Assembly: GCF_009914755.1 (NCBI RefSeq)
Contig: NC_060928.1
Strand: one strand, 5' to 3'
From: the human T2T-CHM13v2.0 reference genome, Homo sapiens
Length of the DNA stretch: 64,000 bases
Shown here: positions 1 to 11,249 of the stretch, in pieces
Position numbering within the stretch: position 1 is the first letter of the stretch
How the letters are laid out: each line of letters starts with the position of its first letter
Notes under the pieces: model-generated
Database searches by the model: none
Seen by the model: only the letters and a program-made list of their open reading frames with translations
Told to the model about the DNA's origin: nothing
Made by a program: the position numbers and the translations under genes

Positions 1-38
1 CAGCCTGGTGACAGGGCAAGACTCTGTCAAAAAAAAAG
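1..38 (+). mobile_element. Alu 3' end, cut by the window edge
   Basis: cagcctggtgacagggcaagactctgtc followed by an A-tail. Confidence 0.85.
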
Positions 39-1162
39 CAAGCAAGCAGTATTTTCTGACCTCTCTAAACCCGAGGGTTTATAAAATGCCAGGGAAAAAA
101 ATGGCTGATCTGTGCAGTCAGAAAGCACCTAAAAGGGTCTCTGTGCTCGTGCTCAAATCTTGCTTCCCGGAAGCACGTCATTAACCACAAACTGAGAATC
201 ACATAAAAATAGAAAGAGAGGGAAAAATGAGTTAAGGCATCACTGCCTGGCTGGTTTCCCAGGAAACTACAGTTTTCCAGTATGAAAAGAAGCAGCGATT
301 AAATAATGAAAAATGATACTGAAGGCCAAGCAAGAAAAGAGCCCTCCTCCTGCCATGCTGATTTCTCCAGCATCCACCTGGCAGCCCAGCCCTCCCAGGC
401 CGAATGCCTCCCATGGCTTTCCAGGACACGCTGCCCGCTCGGAGCAGCTCTCAGGTCCTTACTGAACTTCACTGAAGTGGGATCCAGAGAAAAAGTGCGG
501 CCACTGATGAAATGTCACGCACATTAGTGCGACGGCCCATGGATAATGTGCAGTAGAGAGGCAGGGCAGAGAGGGGCTACATTCTCTCTGCACACCCTGA
601 GACACACAAAAGCCACAGGAGGCTTGGTGGCAACAGAAGCGCCCAGGAACGTGAGTCCCACAGGAGTTCTGTTTGCGTCATCAGGACGCTCATTCTCGTT
701 GTATTTCCTGGGGTTATAACTCATGGGGCGCAGTGGGTGCAGGAGGACTCGGTGGGATGAAGTCAAATGCTGACACCCAGGGGGTTCTCTGAACATTCCA
801 GGTTCTCTCCCAGGGGAGACCTCTCCTTCGGCCTTTCAGAACCCAGAGTGGCCAGAGGCTGGTTGCTTCTGCCAATGAATAGACAAGTGAGGCATGTCAC
901 CTCCAGGCTGAAGTTTTGAGAGCCAGCACGTGGTCTGCTGTGACACTGTTCCCTCCGCAATGAGATCGCACCAAAGCCAGCCTGTGACGGCCACACTTGC
1001 AGCGTGAGTGGGAGGTGTGAAGTGGGTGTTTGAGGCCTTGGAGACCTTCAGGTTGTTTGCTACCACTGCAAAACGTGAGCCCCCTGACAGGTTCAGTGTC
1101 CACCCAAACGCTCTTTCCTTTCCCACCTGGGGATGTTTCAGAACTTTTCAAAGTATGTAGGA

Positions 1163-1487
1163 GGCCAGGCACCATAGCTCACACCTGTAATCCCAGCACT
1201 TTGGGAGGTCAAGGCGAGCAGGTCACCTGAGCTCAGGAGTTCGAGACCAGCCTGACCAACATACCAAAACCCCGTCTCTACTAAAAATAAAAAATAAAAA
1301 AAAATTAGCCAGGCGTGGTGGCACATGCCTGAAATCCCAGCTACTTGGGAGGCTGAGGCAGGAGAATCGCTTGACTGGGGAGGCAGAGGTTGCAGTGAGC
1401 TGAGATCGCGCCACTGCACTCCAGACTGGGTGACAGAGCAAGACTCCATCTCAAAAATAAATAAATAAATTAATTAATTAATTAATA
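1163..1487 (+). mobile_element. AluS-type element
   Basis: Dimeric Alu, A-rich tail, TSD aaagtatg(t/c)agg. Confidence 0.95.
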
Positions 1488-2336
1488 AAAGTATGCAGGG
1501 CTCCATTAGGTCTGTAGCCCCGTGGCAAACACACCCGAGCCACGGCAACCCAGGGCCGGCTGAGGGGCACGGACACTCAATCGAGCACCCCATGTATAGG
1601 CTGGGGACACAGAGTCCCCAAAGGCAAAGGGATCGAGGGCCTGGCTTTGGGGAGATAAAGTCTCCCAAACCTGGGTCAGGACCCATGGGGGAGCCATCAC
1701 AGGGGAATCTCTCCTGCTCTTTCTCTCTGTCTTCGGATACGGTGGCTGCTGTGAAACAACCATGTGAGACACAGAGGCCCTGCATCCACATCACCCTGCA
1801 GAAGGAGAAAAATCACTGTCACGGCCAATGCGGCAGGCCCTCCACAACAGGGTCCCCACGGTAAGATCTCCGTGGGGAGGCAAGCAGTCCCGAGCCTCTG
1901 AATCCCAGGGCCCAGAGCCGTGCCCAGAACCTCTGGGCAGCACAGCACCCTTCACGGTGTGGGCACCGGGCTGGGTCCATGGTCACCTGGTCCGTGCGAC
2001 CGCCTCTCCAAGACCTTGGCTCAGGTGGCCATAGGACCTACCCGGGCCTGCAGCCCAGCCCTTTACAAAAGGAATTAATTACCAAGTGGGGTGGCCCCTG
2101 TTGGTGCTCCCTCAATCCATCATAACACAGGGCCCTGAAGATGGACTCCTGACAAGGGAAGTAGCTGTGGGAGAAGCCTCCGGAGCACGAGAATTATGCC
2201 CAAACTCAGCCACCGTGAACACAGCTTTCTGCCCCACACCATGCCCTCCCCCGTGTGTAGACTTTGAAGCATTTGGCCCAGTGACCACACTCGGTGGCTT
2301 TAACTTAGGCAGGACCAGCACCAGGTCAGAAGCTGA

Positions 2337-2412
2337 GGGCCCCCGGCTGGGCGTCTGGTCTTGGCTGTCACTGGGGGCCCCCGGCTGGGCGTCTGGTCTT
2401 GGCTGTTACTGG
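2337..2412. repeat. 38-bp tandem duplication (2 copies)
   Basis: gggcccccggctgggcgtctggtcttggctgt(c/t)actgg twice, 1 mismatch. Confidence 0.9.
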
Positions 2413-2877
2413 AACATCATTTCCATTCTGCAAGCCTTGCTTTCCCCATCTGCAAAATGAGGGCCTGGGCCCTTTCCTTTCCAGGACTAACCGCAGGTGG
2501 CCCCACCCCAGCTTCATGATACCCGCCTAAATCCTGCTTGAAAAACTGCTTCACAAGGTTCATTTCAGGACTGGCCTCCCTTGGGAACAAGCATAATTAG
2601 GCTCATTTAAGAGTCCCCTTTCCCCTGGCAAAGCTGCTTGAATTATTCATCTTCTGTTTTCCCATCTAATTCCACTCCAACTGTCTGGTGGGATTTGTTT
2701 CCCTTCCAATCACACTCTAGCATCTAAGAGTCATTTTCCCTGCAAGAAAAGTTTGTCAGACACAGGTAGGAATTCCAGAGAGAGGAGCAAGTTATGCAGA
2801 GAGGATGAAAAGGAGAGAAGGTAAAATCGCTCTTCAATCCCATATGCCTCAACTGAGCACAGACTATTTTTCTCCAC

Positions 2878-3328
2878 TGCGGTGGGTTGAATAATGGCCC
2901 CCACAAATACATCAGCATAGCATGTGTCCATAACATCCTGATCCCCAGAGACTGTGGAGTGTGATCTCATTTGGGAAAAGGGTCTTTGCAGATGTAGTTA
3001 AAGATCTTGAGATGAGATCACCCTGGATTACCCAGGTGGGCCCTAAATGCAATGACAAGTGACATTCTAAGAGACAGAAGAGGAGACACCAGAGGAGAAG
3101 GCCATGTGGAGACAAAGGCAGAGATGGGAGCGATGGCTACAGGAACATCTGGAGCCCCGGAGCTGGAGGAGACAAGGAAGCCTCCTCCCCTAGAACCTTC
3201 AGAGAGAGCACGGCCCTGCCAACACCTGGATTGAGAACTTGTGGCCCCCAGGACGGTGAGAATATATCTGTATTTTGAAGCCATGAAGGTTATGGCAATT
3301 TGCCACAGCAGCCACAGGACACTAACCC
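2878..3328 (+). mobile_element. MaLR LTR (MLT1B/C-like)
   Basis: tgggttgaataatggcccc...ggaaaagggtctttgcagatgtagttaa...cctgccaacacctggatt motifs typical of MLT1. Confidence 0.85.
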
Positions 3329-3391
3329 ACCCAAGGTGCTTCCTGGGAGTTGGGAAATAAGAGCAGACGCAATGCCAGTGCTATGGGCAGC

Positions 3392-4070
3392 CACCGACAG
3401 CCCCCCAACACCGACAGTCCCCCCACACCGACAGCCCCCAACACCCAACAGCCTTCCCATACTGACAGCACCCCAACACCGACAGCCCCCCAACACTGAG
3501 AGCCCCCCAACCAACAGCCCCCACACTGACAGCCCCCCCACACCGACAGCCCCCCCACACCGACAGCCCTCCACACCGACAGCCCCCCCACACCAACAGC
3601 CCCCAACACCCGACAGCCCCCAACACCCAACAGCCCCCCCACACCAACAACCCCCCACACCGACAGCCCCCCACACCGACAGCCCCACACACCAACAGCC
3701 CCCCCACAGTGACAGCCCCCCACACCGACAGCCCCCCCACACCGACAGCCCCCCCACACTGACAGCCCTTCACACCGACAGACCCCCCACACCAACAGCC
3801 CCCAACACGCAACAGCCCCTAACACCCGACAGCCCCCCCACACTGACAACCCCCCACACCGACAGCCCCCCACACCGACAGCCCCACACACCAACAGCCC
3901 CCCACACCGACAGCCCCCAACACCGACAGCCCCCAACACCGACAGCCCCCAACACCGACAGCCCCCCCACACCGACAGCCCCCCCACACCGACAGCCCCC
4001 AACACCGACAGCCCCCAACACCGACAGCCCCCCCACACCGACAGCCCCCCACACCAACAGCCCCCACACC
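3392..4070. repeat. C-rich minisatellite/VNTR, ~16-18 bp unit (acaccgacagcccccc), ~40 copies
   Basis: Visible tandem array with a variable C-run length; produces spurious PTAP/GG-rich ORFs on both strands. Confidence 0.95.
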
Positions 4071-5436
4071 GCTCCTTCTCTAGAACTCCCATTTCCTCAT
4101 CCCCAGCCCTGGGGCACCAAGCCAGGCATCAGGGGGCTTCTTCCTCATTCTAAGCCCTTCCCTTGTCCAGCCAGCCTTCAGGTCCTGGGGTTCCTCCATC
4201 TGAACCCCTTGCGCTCTGCCCCTCAGCCCAGGCCATCAGCATCTCTGTCCCCATGGGGGTCCGTGCCCAAGCTCAGCTAGAGTGAACTTCCTCAAACAGC
4301 TGCGGGACTCCCCACCACCCTGCGTGTTGGCCTCTCCCACCCCACCGAGGAGGTCGGACTTGCCCAGCGTGCTGCCCCTGCCTGCTCTTCCTCAGTCTCA
4401 CCTTGGCCGCTTCTCCCTCCATACCCGCCAGCCATATCCAGCAGTTCGAAGTTGCCGGAGCATTCCTAGTCTCTGCCTGAACACCAAGGCAAGGCCTTAC
4501 CCGTCTGCTCATCCTCAGGACCATTGTGCTGTGTATGTGACCATCTGTCCCGCCCTGCAGTCGGCTCCAGGGCCAGCTCCACCTCCTGATTCACCTCCGT
4601 GCCCCCACACCCCTCACACACGACCTGCCCAGAGCTGGTGCCTGGGACATGTTCGCTGCATGACTGATCCGTGGGCAAATATTAGATGGGGAGACGACTC
4701 TGAACCTTTCCCTGGGAACAGCCCCTCCAATTTAGAAACTCTGTTCACAGTCATTTGCCCCCCACCCCCACCCCAACACACACTAACAGGGTGCAGAAGG
4801 CAGCTGGTGCTCCACTTTGCTTTCCTTAGGTCCAGAGACAGGCTCAGAGGGTTCCACAGTCAGTGAGCAGCAGAGCTGATACCTGAGCCCGGGTGCATGA
4901 TTGCGAATCCAGCTTGGGTTCCTCCGCCCACAGCCCCCCACAGCCAGGCCCCATTGCCCCTTAGAAGAAGCTGCAGGTTGTGCGCACGGAGGAGGTGTCC
5001 AATCAACCCAGGTCGTGTTGGGCACATTCCCACTGCAGGGCCCTCACACTCATGCCCTTCAGATCCCTGCCTCAATGCTCCTTAACAAAGTAACCTCCTG
5101 TAAATCTCCTCTGCCCCTCAAAATAAACATTTATTTTACCTTGTTTAATTATAGATTTTCTGCTTTCTCTTTTTGCAAGCATTAATCACTGCTTATTACA
5201 TTATTGGCCTGTTTGTTGCTATCTGTCCCCAGCCAGGGCAGGGACCTGCCTGTCAGGATTGCTGCTGCACCTTCAGTGCCTGGCACACAGTAGGTGTTTA
5301 GTAAGTAGTTGCTGACTGAATGAATGTGAATGAATCAGCCCATTGTGGTCCCCTCTGATCAGGGCTCAGGGGGCAGGAGGTTGCAAACCATCTCAAGGGG
5401 AAGCAGCTGTTAAAGTTGAGATAAGAGGCATGGTCA

Positions 5437-5682
5437 CAACAGTCCCCAGAGTGTGATATTCCCCTTCCTGTGTCCATGTGATCTCATTGTTCAACTCCCG
5501 GGGAGGGATAGCATTGGGAGATAGACCTAATGCTAGATGACGAGTTAGTGGGTGCAGCACACCAGCATGGCACATGTATACATATGTAACTAACCTGTAC
5601 AATGTGCACATGTACCCTAAAACTTAAAGTATAATAAAAAAAAGAAAAAAGAAAGCCACAGAAAGCACAAAAAAAAAAAAAA
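5437..5682 (+). mobile_element. 5'-truncated young L1 (L1PA2-like) with 5' inversion
   Basis: L1 3'UTR fragment inverted at 5437-5499 and sense from ~5500; polyA; 14-bp TSD aagaggcatggtca at 5423-5436 and 5683-5696; GAG (not ACA/ACG) at the Ta diagnostic site. Confidence 0.9.
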
Positions 5683-5825
5683 AAGAGGCATGGTCAAGGA
5701 GGCCCCAGGGTGTGAGGGGTTTTTTAGGAGTGGATCGTCACTGACAAAGGCCATTCAAAGGAGCCGTCCCCCTGCAGCGTGTTGAAAGTATTGCTGCTGC
5801 GGTACAAACGCAAGAGTGCTGTGCT

Positions 5826-6131
5826 GGCCGGGCATGGTGGTTCACGCCTGTAATCCCAGCACTTTGGGAGGCTGAGGCAGGAGGATCACTTGAGGTCAGG
5901 AGTTTGAGACCAGCCTAGCCAACATGATGAAACCCTGACTCTACTAAAAATACAAAAAAAAATTAGCTGGGCGTGGTAGTGGGCACCTGTAATCCCAGCT
6001 ACTCAGGAGGCTGAGGCAGGAGAATCACTTGAACCTGGGAGGCAGAGGTTGCAGTGAGCTGAGATCGTGCCACGTATTCCGGCCTGGGTGACAGAGTGAG
6101 ACTCTGCCTGGAAAAAAAAAAAAAAAAAAAA
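5826..6131 (+). mobile_element. AluS-type element
   Basis: Full dimeric Alu with polyA and degenerate TSD. Confidence 0.95.
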
Positions 6132-6847
6132 AGAGCACTGTGGTCTGGGAAGCACGTCACACGTGCTGCGGGTCCAGTGAAGTCCATCAGGAAGAACTTG
6201 TTCCTACACTGCTTCCTCTGGTCTCCACTGCACCTGCTCCAAGGCCCATGAGCGAGATCTTTTTAGGTTGCAAATACTGGCTGACCTGCTTGTGTCATTC
6301 ACCTGACTAGGCAAAGTTGTTCTACTGTTTATATCCCCCAAACCCCAGCCAAGCACCTGGTACCTGTCGCAGCTAACACGTGCGGCCGGCTGGCTGGGTG
6401 GGACTAGCTTCGCATCTGTAGCTCATCCAATCCCCTCTGCCTTCCATGAGTGAGGTGTGCCCCTTCTACATTGGAAACAGAGGCTCGGCGAGGAGAAGCC
6501 AATTGCTCAGGGACAAGGAGAGAAGGGTCAGACCAGGCCTGGGACTCAGTTGGGCTCCAGAGTCTTCCATACGCCCTCCGTGGCTCCAGAGTGCAATCCC
6601 TGCCCCCTGACCATCTGGGGGTGGCTCCAGCTCTGCCGCTTGCTAGCTATGTGTCTTTGGGCAAGTTTCTGAACCTCTCTGTGCCTCGGTTTCCCCAACT
6701 TCAGAAGGGCAATTGCACTCTGCAGCTCCCAGATGAGGATGGGGTAAGGTAGTCCACGTGAAGCGCTGAGAACAGGACCAGGCTCAGAGTGGGCGCTCTG
6801 TAGGTGAGCTGCTGAGAAGGTCTGCGGCCTGTTCTGCCTGGCTGCCA

Positions 6848-7387
6848 GGGACCCTGGGTTCCAGCCTCAAATCCACCTTTCATCTGCTGTGGAGCCTCGG
6901 GCTAGCCTCTCAGCCTCTCTGGACTCTGCGTCATCTGAGGCTCAGGGAGCAGGAGGAGAAAGTCACAGCTGCAGCCAGCGGCATGAGACAGGGACAGTGA
7001 GGTGCTGGGCAGGGAGGGGCTGTCAGGTGGGACCCTGGGTCCCAGCCTCAAATCCCCCTTTCATCTGCTGTGGCACCTCGGGCCAGTCTCAGCCTCTCTG
7101 GACTCTGTGTCTTCTGAGGCTCAGGGAGCAGGAGGAGAAAGTCACAGCTGCAGTCATGGGCATGAGACAGGGACAGCGAGGTGCTGGGCAGGGAAAGGCT
7201 GTCAGGTGGGACCCTGGGTCCCAGCCTCAAATCCCCCTTTCATCTGCTGTGGCACCTCGGGTCAGTCTCAGCCTCTCTGGACTCTGTGTCATCTGAGGCT
7301 CAGGGAGCAGGAGGAGAAAGTCACAGCTGCAGTCATGGGCATGAGACAGGGACAGCGAGGTGCTGGGCAAGGAGGGGCTGTCAGGTC
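6848..7387. repeat. ~180-bp unit tandem triplication, partly MIR-like
   Basis: gggaccctgggt(t/c)ccagcctcaaatcc recurs at 6848, 7029 and 7208. Confidence 0.92.
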
Positions 7388-7477
7388 CCTGGAGGGGCCC
7401 GGGGACCTGGCAGTTGTCTGGCTTCAGCCCCCCATGTCTTGAAATGGACCCCCTTTTCCTTCCAGTGCCAACATTCA

Positions 7478-7680
7478 CAGGTGTTGGCAAGTGTTTTCTG
7501 CAAAGAGTCAGAGAGTCAATATTTCAGGCCTAGCCAGACGTAGGATTTCTATCGAAACTGCAAGGACTCAACTCTGCTGTTGTAACAGAAAACCAGCCAG
7601 AGGTGCTAGCTAAACAAAGGATGGCTATGTGCACAGAAAGCCCCACGCACAGTGGATTTGCCCTGCCGCCCACAGCCCCA
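7478..7680 (+). mobile_element. MER58A-like hAT-Charlie fossil
   Basis: caggtgttggcaa...ttttctgcaaagagtcagagagtcaatattt...actcaactctgctgttgtaacagaaaa resembles MER58. Confidence 0.65.
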
Positions 7681-8056
7681 GGCCTACAGGAGGCGATGCA
7701 GTCTTGCTTGGGTCACACAGCCTCCCTTCTTTACTGCACACAGGCCCAGGTTCAATGTCAGATGGAGCAAGTGCAGCCCTGGAGGGACAGGTGGGCCTAT
7801 CCCGGTCCCCCATCCACAGTACAAGGAGCTCCTCACCCTGGTGGGTGGGGGTAGGGGTGCTGGGTGCCCCCAGCTGTTCAGACCACCCCTGTGAGCTCAG
7901 AACCTGCACCTGGGGGAGTCAGCAAAGCGGGGTTTCTTCCACCCAAGAGTGAAGTCTGCAGCCATCCCTTCCGAGGACACAGGAGGTGTGATCCACACAG
8001 GCCTCCCGTATAGTCCTCGGGCATGCAGAGGTTTTTATAGAAACTCCTTCATCTCC

Positions 8057-9753
8057 CCATCAAGCTACTAATGACTTTCTTCACAGAACTGGAAAAAACT
8101 ACTTTAAAATTCATATGGAACCAAAAAAGAGCCCGCATTCCCAAGACAATCCTAAGCAAAAGAACAAAGCTGGAGGCATCACGCTACCTGACTTCAAACT
8201 ATGCTACAAGGCTACAGTAACCAAAACAGCATGGTACTGGTACCAAAACAGAGATATAGACCAATGGAACAGAACAGAGGCCTCAGAAATAACACCACAC
8301 ATCTACAACCATCTGATCTTTGACAAACCTGACAAAAACAAGAAATGGGGAAAGGATTCCCTATTTAATAAATGGTGCTGGGAAAACCAGCTAGCCATAT
8401 GTAGAAAGCTGAAACTGGATCCCTCCCTTACACCTTATACAAAAATTAATTCAAGATGGAGTAAAGACTTAAATGTTAGACCTAAAACCAGAAAAACCAT
8501 AGAAAAAAATCCAGACAATACCATTCAGGACATAGGCATGGGCAAGGACTTCATGACTAAAACACCAAAAGCAATGGCAACAAAAGCCAAAATAGACAAA
8601 TGGGATCTAATTAAACTAAAGAGCTTCTGCACAGCAAAAAAAAAAAAAAAATGGCCATCAGAGCGAACAGGCAACCTACAGAATGGGAGAAAATTTTTGC
8701 CATCTACTCATCTGAGAAAGGGCTAATATCCAGAATCTACAAAGAACTTAAACAAATTTACAAAAAAAAATCAAACAACGCCATCAAAAAGTGGGCAAAG
8801 GATATGAAGAGATACTTTTCAAAAGAAGACATTTATGCAGCCAACAGACACATGAAAAGATGCTATCATCACTGGTCATCAGAGAAATGCAAATCAAAAC
8901 CACAATGAGATACCATCTCAAACCAGCTACAATGGCGATCATTAAAAAGTCAGGAAACAACAGGTGCTGGAGAGGATGTGGAGAAATAGGAACGCTTTTA
9001 CACTGTTGGTGGGACTATAAACTAGTTCAACCATTGTGGAAAACAGTGTGGTGATTCCTCAAGGATCTAGAACTAGAAATACCATTTGACCCAGCAATCC
9101 CATTACTGGGTATATACCCAAAGGATTATAAATCATGCTACTATAAAGACACACGCACATGTATGTTTATTGCGGCGCTATTCACAATAGCAAAGACTTG
9201 GAACCAACCCAAATGTCCATCAATGATAGACTGGATTAAGAAAATGTGGCACATATACACCATTGAATACTATGCAGCCATAAAAAAGGATGAGTTCATG
9301 TCCTTTGTAGGGACGTGGATGAAGCTGGAAACCATAATTCTGAGCAAACTATTCCAAGGACAGAAAATCAAACTCCACATGTTCTCACTCATAGGTGGGA
9401 AGTGAACAATGAGAACACTCGGACACAGGGCGGGGAACATCACACACCAGGACCTGTCATGGAGTGGGGGAATGGAGGAGGGATAGCATTAGGAGAAATA
9501 CCTAATGTAAATGACGAGTTGATGGGTGCAGCACACCAACATGGCACATGTATAGCTATGTAACAAACATGCACATTGTGCACATGTACCCTAGAACTTA
9601 AATAACAAAAAAAGCACTTGAAATGTAGCTAGTGCCAATGTTGAAATGATAATATTTCGGGTATATTTAGTTAAATACATTTTATTATTAAGATTTTTAT
9701 TACTAAAATAATTTTATCATTAAAATTTATTTCACCTGTAAAAAAAAAAAAAA
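8057..9753 (+). mobile_element. 5'-truncated L1PA (about L1PA5-7): degraded ORF2 C-terminus, 3'UTR and a 3' transduced segment
   Basis: ORF-track peptides match L1 ORF2 ([28 protein letters not shown]) with frameshifts; L1 3'UTR to ~9613; 18-bp TSD agaaactccttcatctcc at 8039-8056 and 9754-9771. Confidence 0.95.
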
Positions 9754-10859
9754 AGAAACTCCTTCATCTCCTGCTACCAGAGGCACAGCCTGCTCTCCTG
9801 GAGCCCAGCCACGCGAGCTCAGCCACACCAGCCCCACGTGAGGCTGGAGGAGGTGGCTGCACCTCCAGGAGCCATGGCAGCTAAGCTGCACCAGTCTGCC
9901 CCCCGGTCGTCCTCTCCTGTAAGGTGGGCACAGGAACCAAGGGCTGCTCGCTCCTCTACAGGGCAAATCTCTGCTGACTGGAAATATAGCCAGGTATGTG
10001 AAATGAAGAAGCATCACTGGTTGGTTCTGGCAAGGAGCTCAAGAGAGAAGCAAGTATGCAAAGCACTCCACAAACGCCAAAAGCAGTGTGCAAATACTGG
10101 TTCACCTCATGATGGGCCCCAGTGGAGATCCCACGACAAGCTAATCTAAAAACCACAGCAAGTAATTGAACTTTGAGACATGGTAATAACCCCAGAGAGC
10201 CATGCCTAGCACAGACCAGTCAAATAGTCCACCCCTGCAGGCAGGAACTGCCCATGTGCCAACCCCACCCAGGAGGAGAGGGAGGCCCAGGGTGGGCAGT
10301 GATTTGCCCAGGGCCACATGCAGAGCCCTGGCAGAGTAAGGACTGAAATCCTGGCTCCCTAACTTCCAGTCAGCGTTCCTCCCACTGTTCTGGAGTAAAC
10401 GCATTTCCACACCATCTGCAGCTTTCCCCATGGGGTGGGCACCCCAAGGACCCTGATGCCAGGCTGGCTGGACTGGCTTGTGTCCTCAGCAAGGGGGATG
10501 CTGGGTGCAGAGCAGGGATCCATGAGAAAGAGGGCTGCAGCCTTGGGCTCCACCGATTTCACCGAGCACAGCGAGGCTCATCCAGATGTCTCGGCAGGAG
10601 CCTGCTCTCAGGATGGAGGAAGCTGTCGCCATGGCAACCAAGCAGCCACCGGAGTTAGGGATGGAGGCAGCCCTGCCAAGAGCCACAAAAGGACTCACGC
10701 ATGAGCTCACCAGGGACGCCGGATGCGGAGGTGCCCTAGAAGGCCTCCCACACATGGAGTTCATCTTGAAAAACTGCTTTTTCAGCAAATCTCCAAAAGA
10801 TGACCTGACTACAAACATGAGCTGCAAGCACTCAGACCAAGGCATGTCAGATCCTACAG

Positions 10860-11249
10860 GAGGATTCCTGGCTGCCATAGCAAAATGCTACAGACCGAGT
10901 GGCTTAAACAGTATGTGTTTCTCATAGCTATGGAGGTCCGAAGTCCAATAACACGGTGTTAGCAGGGCTGGCTCCTTCTGAGGCCCGTCTCCTCGGCTTG
11001 AAGGTGACTGCCTTCTCCTTGTGTCCTCACATTCTCATTCCTGCATCTTAACATCTCTCTGTGGGTTCTAATCACCTCTTCTTATAAGAACACCAGTCAG
11101 ATTGGATTAGGGTCTACCCTGCCAGCCTTATTTTAACTTAATCACCCCTTTAAGGCCCTGTCTCCAAATATAGTCTCATTCTGAGGTTCTGGGAGTTAGG
11201 GTTTCAACATATGAATGGGGATGGAGGAGACACAATCTAGCCTGTAACA
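10860..11249 (-). mobile_element. MaLR LTR (MLT1A-like)
   Basis: gctgccatagcaaaatgctacagac...ggcttaaaca...caccagtcagattggattaggg...tttcaacatatgaa. Confidence 0.8.

Noticed and set aside
1138-1449. ORFs such as [16 protein letters not shown] (also 13474, 35669, 57894, 61414)
   Set aside because: Standard translations of antisense Alu sequence
3290-4280. Long ORFs (326, 256, 155 aa) with PTAP- and GG-rich repeats
   Set aside because: Translations of the stop-poor VNTR in several frames on both strands; no gene structure
8115-9405. ORFs with strong protein similarity
   Set aside because: Frameshifted fragments of L1 ORF2 in a 5'-truncated element, not a host gene
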